DNA of 64,000 nt from Spirogloea muscicola (lineage: Eukaryota), in assembly GCA_009602725.1 (NCBI GenBank), contig WELB01000027.1, forward strand, positions 178,972 through 242,971. Direction: 5' to 3'. The first letter of the stretch is position 1; each line of letters starts with the position of its first letter. Shown here piece after piece: positions 25,401-37,891 of the stretch. The notes beneath the pieces are model-generated. The model worked only from the letters and a program-made list of their open reading frames with translations. It was not told where the DNA came from and did no database searches. The position numbers were made by a program, and so were the translations under genes.

Positions 25401-26450
25401 AGAAGCCCTTCTGCCACCAACTAGAGCACGCCCAGCTTTCTGGTGCAAGGCATTAATTAGCCTGGGCACGCTGCAAACAGGCCGAAACTCGTCGTCGCAA
25501 GTTGAGAGAGGCCAGCCCAAGGGAGAGAAGGCGCGCGGGGCGCATGAATTGAAAGGGAGGCCAATTCAAGCCAATACATTGTTCAGGCAGAGTCGAGTGC
25601 AGACTAAACAAGGCCACATAATACGGAGACCTAATCTAAGGTACCTAAGATGACATTAGTACCCACGGGTGAGCACAAACAAATCTGACAAGCTAAAGGG
25701 AAGGAAGGAAAGAACGAGCGCCGCGACAGGGAGACTGAAGTGGCTAGCAAGTAAGAATTTCGTGGCTAGCAAGAAAAAGAAAGAAAGGGGTCTCTCATCA
25801 GTAACCTATAGTCAGGAGATGCAGATCAGAACCTCTCTCGCTAGGAAGTGCGGCCTGTAGCGGACGTACGACGCACTGGCGGCCGTGAAAGGAGGAGTAA
25901 GTAAGTACACACACAATCCTAATCTAAGGTACCTAAGATGACATTAGTACCCACGGGTGAGCACAAACAAATCTGACAAGCTAAAGGGAAGGAAGGAAAG
26001 AACGAGCGCCGCGACAGGGAGACTGAAGTGGCTAGCAAGTAAGAATTTCGTGGCTAGCAAGAAAAAGAAAGAAAGGGGTCTCTCATCAGTAACCTATAGT
26101 CAGGAGATGCAGATCAGAACCTCTCTCGCTAGGAAGAAAATGTGTGTATATTAAGAGATGGGGAGGCCATGTGTGGCCAAGTACAAAGGCAAGCACATTG
26201 GACAAATGTACGTCACCTGCTGCTAAGCTGACCCGCTCAGTAACCACGAGTCAGCGGAAGTGCGGCCTGTAGCGGACGTACGACGCACTGGCGGCCGTGA
26301 AAGGAGGAGTAAGTAAGTACACACACAATCCAGCGGTGGCGGGATAGCCGGAGGCTGCCGCTGGAGCCGCCTGATCAAGATGGCCGATCTGAATGGGGCT
26401 GGCTTTTCCAGCCCCTATCCTCAATGGGCGAGCCCTTTCTCTTCGCCGCC
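19480..26450. mobile_element. Nested patch of truncated CRE-like element 3' ends in both orientations
   Basis: LTRGY*-like ORF ends near 19929, 20580, 21045, 22352, 22880, 25338, 25657, 25800, 25945, 26088 and 26240, interleaved with recurring 3' UTR motifs. Confidence 0.8.
21231..22486 (+). mobile_element. 5'-truncated CRE-like non-LTR retrotransposon (zinc knuckle + restriction-like endonuclease + 3' UTR)
   Basis: Open ORF 21231-22352 with GASEWLNALP...FRTALHHHLGLP, CCHC knuckle CECG...HMLRC, ERIASHD, RLE motifs RRLDVV...LLLDVV...AERKKERHY, and tail RMRLSLSLQRSQA...LTRGY*. No RT core is visible. The 3' UTR ends GCGCGCCTTCTCTC. Confidence 0.85.
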
Positions 26451-26591
26451 CATCCCTCGTGCCCGAATGCAGAGATTTTATTTGTCCCACGGGCTTGACG
26501 CACCCGCCACCCCGCCCCGCATTCCCTCCTACACACCACCTCCTCGGCCATGGCTGCCCGGCCCGCCCGGCGGCGCCGCGCGCGGCGCGCG

Positions 26592-26657
<66 letters not shown>

Positions 26658-26697
26658 GCGGCGGCGGCGGTGGCCCGCTCGTCGGAGCCCCGCAGCC

Positions 26698-29600
26698 ATG
26701 CCGCGCCGCGTGGCGGCGTCGCTGGGCCCGGCCTGCCTCGTCTCGCTCGGCTTCCTGAACCCCGCGGCGTGGGCCGCCATCGTCGAGGAGGGGCCCCGCT
26801 TCGGCCTCGACCTCCTCTGGGTGCTCCTCGCCTCCAACGCCGTGGCCGTCGGCCTGCAGCTGCTCGCTGCGCGCCTCGGCCTCGTCACTGGCAAGACCCT
26901 CGCCGAGGTCGCCTTCCGCTCCTTATCTCCGCTGAATCTCCGTCGAGATTTGGGCTGTCTCACCTAAGCGCCACGCTTTCTTGGCCGCTGCCAGTGCCAC
27001 TGAAGGTATTGCTCGGGCCGCTTGCGTCGTCCTGCCTCCTGGATTCAAGATGTGAGCATGTCGCACAAAGCCTCTGCTCGTGACTGATGAGATGCCCGCG
27101 TGCAACCGCGCTTTGGCTCACAGATGTGCCGCGAGGAGTACCCGTGGCCTGTCCCTGTCTTGCTATGGGCGTCCTGCGAGGTTGCAATCGTGGCCCTGGA
27201 CTGCATGATGGTGAGTGCCTGCGGCTCGAGCTCAGCACCTCTCCTAGCAGCACTATCGCTTTAGTGACTGCCACTCCCTCAACCTAGTTGAAGCCACTTG
27301 CTGACTCGCAAAGGCTTCACAGGTGCTTAGAAGAGACGAAGCGCCGGTGGGACTGTGGTCTGCGTGGGCTACTTGGCTGGCCGCCATCCTGTCTCGTGAA
27401 GCCGCGCGAGAGGGCTGCTGTCCTCTATCCGACAATCATTGTCTGGCACTTCATCACTGGCAGCTCTGAAGTATGGGTGTGTGCGTGTGTGCCCTGGGTG
27501 CCCTAGGTCCTGGGCGCTGCCATAGGGCTGAAGCTGCTCTTCAGTGTGCCCATGCTGGCCGGTGTCCTCATCATGGAGCTGGAACCAATCCTTACTGTCG
27601 CCCTGCCGCACAACGTGCTGGTATTTTACCAGAGATTCTCTTGCCGGTGCTGAAAGTGCATCCTTGAGGATGAGCTTTTGCAATTTGCTCATGCCATTGG
27701 TTTGGAAACGAACACTGCCTATTGCATGACGAGCAGGAGCACAAATGTGAGCAGGGCAAGGTTAGCAGTGTAAGTGCAGTCCGCCAATGCTAAGAAGCAC
27801 TGGAGCTCCTCTGCAAGCAGGGATTATCCTGGTTCTCTTTAGTAGCTGCAGATTGCATATCCTTGAACGAGCAAGCTCTAAAACGTTGCAAACTTCTGTC
27901 TCGTGCTTATTGACAGACCCCTAGTTTTTCGGTGAAGGCGGGGGCCACTGCTTTAGTCATCATCACCATGTGCTTTCTGAACCAGCTCGTGCGAACAGGC
28001 TCTCCTTTCCTTGAGCTGGACTCGGACTTTTCTGTCTTGGTCCAGCAAGACCGTGTCTGGACGGCCATGGCCTTTTTGGGCTTGAACGTCCTCCCGCAGA
28101 ATCTCCATCTTCACTCCTTCCTGCCGCAAGTAGGCCAAACTCCGGGATGAACCTGCTTCACAAGAGCTCTTCATAAATGATACTTCTCTTTCTTGCTCAA
28201 TCTCTAGTAGGCATGTCAAATGAAATTCCCTGCACTTAAGGACCTGGCAGTAAGCCTGACACTCTGCTCGCTCCATATTTTGTCGAGCCACACCTTGCTC
28301 AGCCCGTTGCGCTTCTTGCTCTTGTCGGCAGGTTAATTAGTGCACATCACTCTCTCCTGCCTTCTTCCCTGCCATGTGACCTCCTAAGACTTGTATTTCT
28401 ATGTTCACACAGGCCCCTCTGGAAAAGTACAGCCTTGTTAGCAAGCTTTATGTACAGAATGCTGTGGATATCTGTCTCTCCCTGGGCGTGGGCTTACTTG
28501 CCAATGCAGCAGCCCTTGGGATTGCATCTACAACGTTCTATGCAGGAGGGTCAGAACCCTCGAATGGCTTTATCAATCAGGTGCACTTGCTAACTTGTAG
28601 GTACTGTTCACGGCCATCAGCATGTGAGATTTGTGAGCGCATGTCCTGCCCCTGATTGTGGCAGGTGCTGCAACAGCGTACCATTTTTAATAGGGGCAAG
28701 CAACTCACGGGCTTGTCCAGCTTTCAGTGGCTGACTCCTCTAGATCACTTGCCTTGACTGTCGTGACCTTTGGTATGATATCCTACCCAGGTGTGGGGCA
28801 GCACCCTTGCCCCCGCATTTGGCGTCGCGCTTGCGACCATCGGCATCATCTCGTACTTGACGCAAGCGCTGTCTGGCCAAGTTGTGTCCAAGGGCTTCAT
28901 AGGCATGCAGAGCAAGCCTTGGCTACGGCGGAGTCTCGTTCGCACAGCCGGCGTCATTCTTGCCTGCACATCCCTTAACAGCCTTGGCGGCGTGGATCGC
29001 ATGCTGCAGTTGTGCCAGGTCAGCTTGCGATTCGCACCTCCAGCACTGCAAGTCTTTCGTCATGCAACAAGCAACACAAGTTGTAGCTGATTGCCACTTG
29101 GTGAAGCTGACAAAATGCTATTGGACTTCAATGCTTGGTCCTCAGGTGGTTATGTCTTTGCAGTTGCCGCTCACTCTCATCCCTCTGATCAAAGTCACTT
29201 CGTCGAAGGTCTACATGGGGCACTTCCAGATTTCACGCTTGGCAGCGGCAGCGGCCTGGACGGTGGGCATTATTATCTACGTGACAAACATCATTGTTCT
29301 CTATGAGAACATAGTCTACGACGATGGATCCTCGCTGTCCGGCGACCTGCGGTCAAATCAGGTGGTGTGGGCGACCTTGGCAGGCTCAGTGCTAGCCGGA
29401 GAGTTTGTGCTGGCAGCCTGGATGGCCGCCTCTCCGCTCCGACACACGGTTGGGACGCAGCAGCGAGGCTCTCTTGAGAGTAACAGTGAGGATCAAGCGT
29501 TTGTCCTGAAGGCGGTCAGCAGGAAAGAGGCTATTCCAGAAAACAAGGAGGAGTCAGGGCTGCGATTGCGAGGACCAAGGGCCGCCAATGGCCTGCGCGG

Positions 29601-32600
29601 CGAACAAAGTAGCTTTGACGCACGTCAAGGTGCCGAGCAGCCCTCCACTGAGGAGTCCCTGGAGCCGGTGGTCCCTAAGGAGGTGCAGGAGGAGCCACTT
29701 TTGCTTGTCCCTGCTCTTGATGGCGACATGCAGGCACTTTATGGTGCTTTTGATGGCAGCTCTGACAGGTTGGCAGTAGGCGACTCTGAGGTGTCCCAGC
29801 ACAACGAAGGGTGTGATATAGCGGCAATACCCGAGATGCCTGTGGGGCAACTTGAGACGGGCACAGCACCTGATCAAGAAGCTCTTCATGGTGACCAAGT
29901 ACTGGCAGGTTCTGGCAGTATTGGTGTTGGTAGTTCAGAGCTATTGGAGCTGAAGGAGCCACAGCAGGTGCAGGATGCAGCATCGGCAACTTTGCCAGCC
30001 GCAATTGATAGAGGAGCCTTGGACGATGCCTGCGAGCCGAGTTTGCTGGAGGTAGGAACTCTGGGCCATGGCAAGGACAGGTTGCCTGACGTGCCTTCAC
30101 GTGCAATTGAGGACCATGTTGATGGCTTACCAGCGGCCATTCAGCAGGCCGACAGTGTGGACGCGCAGAAGGCCCCCCTGGTCATCCTTGACAAGCCACA
30201 GGAGAAGACGAGGGCCAGTGAAGAACGGCCAAGCATGGGCGTAGACGAGACTGTGGTGCAGGGAGGGGGCCTGGAGCAGGCCAAGTCGAGGAGCACGGCG
30301 CTCCATGAGCCAGGGTACGAGCCGAGCATGAGCCTGCTTGACATTCTAATCTCAGAGGCGCACAAATATGGGCAGATCAAGGAGTGGGTTTTGAGCTCCG
30401 CTCTGAAGAGGCACAACAGAAAGGAGAGCGTGGAACAGGTGGGCGATTTGGATGCTGGCCTAGCGGACGCGCTCGAGCTGCATGTCGAGGTACTTGTCCC
30501 TGCCGCAGGTGACGAGCAAAAGTACGCCGTGAGCTCTGCTGAAGAAAAGGTCACTGCATCGGAGGAGCTTAATCAGTCTCTACCTGTGGAGGTAATGGCT
30601 GTGAGCTCTTCGGGAGGGCAATCTCCATCCTCCACAACATCAGAGAGCCAGGAGCCAAGCGCTGCTTCAGTAGCGGATTCATCGCTTTTTCTTCCAGAGC
30701 AAGTGAGCCCCCCCGATGTTAGCAATCACCCGCTGTGTTTGCTGACTGAGATCTCATGCATGCTGGATGCCTGCGTCCTTGATCATGAGCTGCCTGAGCA
30801 GCCTGAGCAGTGGCTCATGTGAAAGTTGACAACTTATGGCAGGATGTGCCGCCTGGAGCGAGGAAATCAGACAAGCTTTCAAGCTCGGCTCCAGCTTGGG
30901 TTCCAAGTGTACCTTCAGCATCTGCAAACCTTGTGACAAGTGATGAGGTGGAGCTCCACGACACCGACATGGACGCCGATGTCGACCTGGAGGACAGCGG
31001 GAACTGGAGCTCAGCAGTAGCAGGCGTGCTGAGCGAGGATCCTACGTCGCCACCAAGGGCGGGCGCGTCTCCAGCACTCATGCAAACAGGCTCTGCAGTC
31101 AAGTCCCAGCCCAGCTGGAGCGTGCAACCTGTGGCGGAGCGGGAGAGGTTGGCACCGGAGGGTGTTTTGGACCCCGGGAGCCTATCGCGCCTCTCGGGGC
31201 TGGGACGTGGCGCGCGGCGGCAGCTTGCGGCTGTGCTCGACGAGTTCTGGGGCATCATTTTTGACTTGCATGGGCAGCCTGTGGCTGCCAATAGTGGCGG
31301 CAGCGGCAGCCAGCAGCAGCACCTGGCGCTAGGACGAGAGGGAGGCAACGGCAGAGCTGGCGCCCAATTGGTGCCGCAGGACCAGCAGAACTTGGCAGGC
31401 ATGCCGGGGCTTGCGGCATACAAGCACAGCGGCGAGAAACCTTCAGCGGCAGGGTTCTCCGGGGCGTTTGGTCGCCAGGCCCCACACACCATCTCGGCGT
31501 CTACCCTCCGGCAGTTTGCCAGTGTCTCACGGTTGCCGCACTCTGACGGGCGTGGACATCACAACCATGCTGCCGGGGAGAATGGCAGCCTCTCGGTGCC
31601 CAACCTGTTCAGTTTGCCGGGCTATCCGGGGAGTGGCGATGCCATCGCTGCGTTGGACCGTGGGCAGGGCGCCGAGGTGCCCACCTACCAGCTGCAGCGA
31701 CGAGCCACGTCGATAACATCGGCGAGGATGGGTCTGGACTTTGGCAGCCACAGCTATGGCGATAGCAACCTCAATCTCCATGACGTACAGAGGGATGCAC
31801 AGCTGTCGTACTCCCGGGGCTCCATGGGGAGTCCCGGGAGTATGGCCATGTACGGCAAGTCGGACAATGTCGGGGCCAACTCCAGACAATTTGACAACGA
31901 CGTGGAGTATGCGATTGAGGCCCGAGCGCGGCGGCAGGTGCAGGAGCTCATGGAGGCCTACTTGCCATTCTCGAACAGGGCCACACCCATTTCGTTTGTG
32001 GTAGAGCCGCCAGCGCGCTCCTACCACCAGGACAAGGGCCGTAGTTCGTTTGAGAGGGATCGGCTGCAGGGAGATGGCGGCTGGGATGGCGGGGCGCTCG
32101 GTGGGCACCTGGGCTACCATGAACGTCTGTCAGAGGCAGACCCCATGCAGAGCTTCCAGGCTGACAGTGTGAAGGGATCAGCCGAGGGGTACAACCCAGA
32201 GATGGAGCAGCAAGCAGCGCATGCGAGGGCTCATGCCCGTCGACAAGCGCCTGGCTCGCATGACTGGAGCGACGGCGAAGGGGCAGCTCGGCCTGGGTAT
32301 GGGAACCTCGCTGGGGGCCCCCTGTCCTTTGACGATCTGGCGCCATCCCAGCAGATGCGCGACGCTTTCTCCCTGCAGCACCCGTCCTCGTCCGCCGAGC
32401 TCAAGTCGTTCTGGTCCAAGCAGCCTCACGAAACTCTCTTCGGCCCTACGCACGATCAGTTACAAGCATCAATCCTCAAGGTAATGCCGAGGCTATGGAC
32501 AGAGTGCACATGCAGGCAGGTCAATAGGTTTGCTACTATCATTGGCTGCATATGAAGCCTCACGGTATACACAAGGCTTAGCAATAGAGCTGACAGAGCC

Positions 32601-34045
32601 GCATCGGCTTCAGAAAGCGGCACTATGTGTAGGGTCAGAGTGACTATCTCGGGCCATTTTTGAAGGGCGGACTCATTGGCGTGTGCCCATCATAGTTCCA
32701 GCCTTCGCAAGGCATCAACTCACCCGCCTGCCCTGTGTGTTTCTCAGGGTCAAGCAACCGGCACGTGGTCACAACCTGCAGCTGCGCAGCATGAGCTTGA
32801 CAAGCAGGAGAAAGACGAGTTGCTCATGAGGCAACTCCGAAGCTGCCTGCACCAGCTACTCAAGATCGAGGGCTCCAGCTGGCTGTTCCGATACGAGTGC
32901 GGTGCAGACGAGGACGTGGTTGCGGCAGTAGTTGATCAGGAAAGAAAGCTGTACCAGGAGGCTGTACAGCTTGTGGTGAATGGCCAGATGAGCAGCGGGG
33001 AGGACAAGGGCCTCACAATTCTTAGCTTTCACAGGAAGCCCAAGGCCAGCAGCGACAGCATTGGCGGCAAGGATGCGCTCCCCCTTCTCTCGCCTGCTCA
33101 GCAGGCCCTTGCCATGGAGGCGGTGCTACTGGCAGCCTCCATGTGGGGCTGCGGGGAAGCGTGCCTCTGGTCCCCAACGCTCCTGGTCAATTTTGGAGTC
33201 TGGTGTGTGCACAGGGTCCTCGAGCTAGCCCAGATGGAGAGCCGGCCTGAGCTGTGGGGCAAGTACACCTATGTTCTCAACAGGCTGCAGGTAGTTGTCC
33301 ACATTCGAGATTGCTGCTTAAGTACCTCATCAGTTTATGCAAAGATTGCTGCACTATACCACAAATGTTGCAATATGATGCTGGTGCAGGCAGGCAGTCT
33401 TAAGTCCACAATGACCTCAGAGGTGCTTGATGTTCGACAATCTCTGCTGGATCTCATAGATTCTGTGATCACCTTGGAAGCTCAACCTGAGCACGTGCTG
33501 TAGGAGGCGGGCAAGGTCCACGAGCAGTCGGCCAACTTTGACCTTGCTGACTACAATCATGGCTTGGCACGTCTGCGATTCTGCAGGGTATCCTGGACCC
33601 CGCATTTTCCAAACCACGCACCGTGCCTGCCCTGTGCAAGTGCTTTGGCGATAAGGTGGGCCAGGACGCCGTATGTGCCCAGCAGTGGGGATCGCAACAC
33701 TCGCTGGCCCAGTCCATGGCCGGCGGCTTCCGGCAGGGTGGCGCCACACCAGCGTCTTCCACGCCATACTCGCGGAGCAAGGGCCCGCCAGCATCCGTGT
33801 TCCTGGACATAGTGAAGGAGGTGGAGACGGCGGTGGGTGCCCGGAAGGGCCGCACGGGCACTGCAGCGGGCGATGTCGCCTTCCCCAAGGGCAAGGAGAA
33901 CCTGGCATCCGTCTTGAAGCGGTACAAGCGGCGGCTAGGGAACAAGCAGCCCGGTGGGAGCCTCACGACGATGACAGCGTGTGCCAGTAGCACAGGGCCA
34001 CCACAGCGCCGCGGGCAGCAGCACCAGTCGTGGGTCCGCATATGA
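26698..34045 (+). CDS. EIN2: ETHYLENE INSENSITIVE 2-like protein (NRAMP-like TM domain + C-terminal CEND), about 10 exons
   Basis: NRAMP-like N-terminus [28 protein letters not shown]...[56 protein letters not shown] motifs [51 protein letters not shown] and [32 protein letters not shown] (NLS). The start could lie upstream of the poly-T tract. Confidence 0.95.
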
Positions 34046-34777
34046 CAGCAACGATCCAGCAGCGTGCACGAGCCAGCGAGCTGCGGTTGTGCTGCGCAAG
34101 CCATCTCCCTCGCCCCTCTGCCACTAGTTTCTGTACACAGCTTTTTGTAAAGCTTCTTCTTCCTGCCTTGCTCCCCACTGAGGAACAACAGCAGCAGCGT
34201 GTGCCCATGTGCTGCCACTCGTACAGTTGGCGACAGCCTCCCACTCGCATTGGTAGTGGGGCTTCAGGTACGCCACATCCTAGTGCGTCTGTTGCAGGTT
34301 GGTGGATGATAGAGTTTGCCCTCTCGGCGGGAAACTGCCGGATTTTGCTCGCGTTGCTAGCAGCTTGTTCAGACCAGTGGTCGAACTAACAGTCCATCGG
34401 GTGCTGCTGCGCACCGGCTTCAGTCCAGCCCCCACAGTAGTGGCACACTGCTCGGCCGGGGCCATGGCACCCACGCTTCTTCATTGTAGACGCCGTACAC
34501 ATTCTTTTGCTTTTTAAGAAGCTCAGACCCAAACACGCATGCCAGTAGCAATGGCAGCCTATCCGAATGCGACATCAGACTTCGCGCTTGCGCTTGCACA
34601 TTGTAGACAGCCAAATCTGGTAAAAGACTTGGGGGCTGACGCAGTGACCTGGCAACTCCCCTATGGCAGTCAGTCAGTCAGCCGAGGGTGAGTGGGCCGT
34701 GTAAAAACATGGCAAGCCGAGCCCTTGGCAGCCCTTGACCTGTTGAGTGCCCACCTGGCCCCTCTGGAGCTCCTGTC

Positions 34778-35005
34778 ATGAACAAGTACAAGGACCACCC
34801 GGCGGCCCTTCCCGGTGGCTCGGTGCCTTTGGGTCTTGTGTCCTGCTACCGTATGCGCTTGTCTATGTCCCTACAGCGGTCCCAGGCGATTGCTTTGCAT
34901 CGCCGGGCTGGTCGCGCCCTTGCAGCAGCCTCTGGTTTGCGCAGCGGGGTTGCTCTTCCTCCCCTCAGCTCATCTGACTTCCTACTGCTGACTCGGGGGT
35001 ATTGA
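34778..35005 (+). mobile_element. CRE-like 3' coding fragment
   Basis: KYKDHP...YRMRLSMSLQRSQAIALHRRAGRALAAASGLR...SDFLLLTRGY*, homologous to the end of the 21231 ORF. Confidence 0.8.
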
Positions 35006-35495
35006 GGGCGCCCTGTCTGCCTAGCCTACGGCTCCGTCATGAACACCTGTATGCATCTGGCTGGCAGTTTACAGCCGATTTTTTAATATCAGCAGCCGCT
35101 TGACTGTCATGCAGCTTCTACTGGTGGATGCAACTGCAACAAAGCACTGAATGACGGTCCAATGGCGGCTCCTTCAAGCACCCGGGTAGGAGAAGCTGCA
35201 AGCTGCCGACAAAGTTTGGCAGGCAGCGACTCCCCATGGCCTGCAACTGAAGCCCGTCACTGCTGCAGCCACAGTCGCTGCGGTCGTCACTGCTCCGAGG
35301 CTGCTGCAGTGGCTGTGCAGGCCCGCACTGCCTTCGCCGATCCTCCTCCGCACACGCGTGGCGATCCAGACCTGATCCACGACAAGTGCAGCAGAGGGCC
35401 GGCGGCCCAGTTTGGGCACAAAACGGTGCTGGGCAGGTTGGGGACCGGCGAATGTGGCAGCGCCCCAGTAAAGCTGGAGAGCGGCGGGCGTGGCC

Positions 35496-36070
35496 TCAGG
35501 CTTCAGCCTGAGCTTTGCGCGCGTGCACGCGTTTCCCCCACCCGGCGGTCTTGATGGCCTCCATGTACTGCGACACGAGCTCCCGGCAGTTCTGCGCGGC
35601 GCGGGTGCAGCGGAGCACGCGATCCGGAGCCGTCAGAGCAGACACCGCCAAGCAGCAGGCCACGGAGTGAAACAAAGCTAAGCAAGGCAAAGCAAAGATG
35701 TAAGTTAGCTGAGTCAAGTGAGATCATCGAGTTAGCTAAGATAATGATCTACGGTAGAACACCGTTCTAGTTAACTTCGCCGCCGCTGTCCCCGCCGCCG
35801 CGGTCGTAAGGGAGTTTGCGATGCAGGGGTCGGGGGTTCGAGACGGCGCTCCCGCGCGGGGCCGCGCACCTGCGTGTGGTTGACGCCCTCGAGGTGGTAG
35901 CAGGCGCGGAGGCGGTCGCGCAGGAGCTTGGCGGCCTCGGCGCGCACCAGCGCCTCGCGCGCCACGTGCTCGCGCTGCTCCAGGAACGCCGCCGGGTCGT
36001 CGTGCCGCACCGCCGCGTCGAAGGAGTCCGGCGGGCCCTCCTCGAACCGCGGCGCGCCGCGGAACACCAT
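35496..36070 (-). CDS. NDUFB10: Mitochondrial complex I subunit NDUFB10 (PDSW), 2 exons
   Basis: Exons 35870-36070 and 35496-35591: PRFEEGPPDSFD...DPAAFLEQREHVARE...AKLLRDRLRACYHLEGVNHTQ-NCRELVSQYMEAIKTAGWGK, which resembles plant PDSW. Confidence 0.9.
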
Positions 36071-37089
36071 CTCTCCCTCTCGCCTCGCCCCGCTCGGCGC
36101 CTCGCCCGGCGGCGCCGCGGCAACGGCGGCGGCGGCGNATGGCTTCCCCATTCAAGACACATTCCTTCGTCTCTGGGGTGGTATTCCCTTGCTCTTCTCC
36201 AGAAGCTCCAACCCACACGGAAAGCCGTCCACTGGTTGTCGCCAGTGGGCACGTCGCTTCTTGGGCCAGCCACATGGGCTTCTAACCCCGGCAGTTTGTC
36301 AAAGGTGGACCTGATCCTTCAACACAAAGGCAAGGGAGGTCGGATTCCAGCAGCAGCAGCCATGGTGCAGTAGCAGCAGCAGCAGCAGCAGCCAACATAG
36401 CACCAGCAGCTACTACAGCAGCAGCAGCATGAGCACCACGGCCAGCAAGAGCAGGAATACAGCCAGGCGACTCAGCATCACCGTCATCCTCTGACTCTTC
36501 AGGATCCTTCCCATGTCGAGGAGCTCCCCTTTGCCATCCGTTGCCATGCTCGTCGACGCGTGCCAAATGTCGAGTCGATGGTACGGTCGGCACCACAGGG
36601 CTCCATGGAATGACCCTCATCTCGTGTGATATGAAGCAGGTACGCTCCCCCACAATGAGCTGAGCCAGTCCTGCACTTTCCTCCAGCCCAATACAGAGGC
36701 TACTCTGGCACTGGTGCTACTCTTCGCACAGTCCAGGATTGGAACCAAAGCTCCCATGGCAATCTCAACAGCACAAAAACAGTCGGCCACAAAACGGCTA
36801 ACACACCCATGCAAACGACACACAGTCTGTACAGGCTGTTGTTGTTGATATGGCAAGAATCACCATTCAGAGCATCAAGGACAAGAATCTCAAACTCGGC
36901 CTCGAGCACATTGTCAACCTTCACCTCCCAACCGCCGCTGACTTGGACTCCAGGCATTTGTCAATACATTAGTGCTGCATTGACATTGCAGCCATGTAAC
37001 TTCGTTACACCTGGTCAGGCCTGGCCAGCTAGGCGCCTAGCTCAGTCACCGTCCGGCTCAGAAAAGACGGTGACGGTAATATTCCGGGT

Positions 37090-37885
37090 CCTGGGCATTC
37101 GGTTAGCCCTATTCTTGCGCGACGCCGATGGTCAGATCCACACCCGGCGCGCTGACCTAGTCGCCATCCCGCCCGGAGGCGGTCCGCGTATCATCGCGGA
37201 TGTGGTGACCGCCGATTGTGTCGACTCCGCTAACCCCTCCAAGTCGGCGTCGACCGCTGGGCATGCGGTCGCTCTGGCGGCCCGAGGCAAGGAGCGGAAG
37301 TATGCAGACCACCCCCCCGGCGACGAATTCGCGGCCCTTGCCATCGACGTCCATGGGGCTTATGGCAGCGGCTGGCTGGATCTCATCCAGCGGCTTGCCC
37401 GGCAGGCCATTGAGCGGCGGCCGGGTCTGCCAGGGGGGCTGCCCGGCTTCAATGCGGCCGGCTTCCTGGCCCAGGTCTTCCGGATGCGGCTCTCCGTGTC
37501 CCTCCAACGCTCCCTCGCTCATGCCGTTCACTCGCGTGCAGGCCGCGCTATCGCGGCTGCTTCTGGGTCGCGTCTGAATGCTACTTTTCCAGCTTCGAGC
37601 TACTCTGACCTGATGTTGCTCACCCGCGGGTATTGAGCTTCCTGTGGTTTCGTCGTGTCTTCTTGTCTAGATGCCTAGCTGTGTGTTTCTTCGCACTTTG
37701 GCTTTGGACTTGGTCCATTCTTTCTGGGCTGGCTTTGCCAGCCCCTCTTCTCTATGGGCCTGCCTGAACAATGTAATGGCTTGAATTGGCCTCGCTTTAA
37801 TTTCATGCGCACCGCGCGCCTTCTCTCTCTCTATGGGCGAGCAATTTCATTTGCTAGCCCCCCTTCTCTGTGGGCGAGCACTTCC
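37090..37885 (+). mobile_element. Second CRE-like subfamily, 5'-truncated (RLE domain + 3' UTR)
   Basis: RRADLVAIPPGGGPRIIADVV...RGKERKYADHPPGDEFAALAIDVHGAYG...RMRLSVSLQRS...LTRGY* (stop 37636), then the hairpin UTR carrying a nested insertion. Confidence 0.85.
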
Positions 37886-37891
37886 TTATTA

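Noticed and set aside
26594..26656. Poly-T tract giving poly-Phe/poly-Lys ORFs
   Set aside because: A pure homopolymer abutting a GGC run, like the one beside the gap at 54726. Most likely a sequencing or gap-fill artefact.
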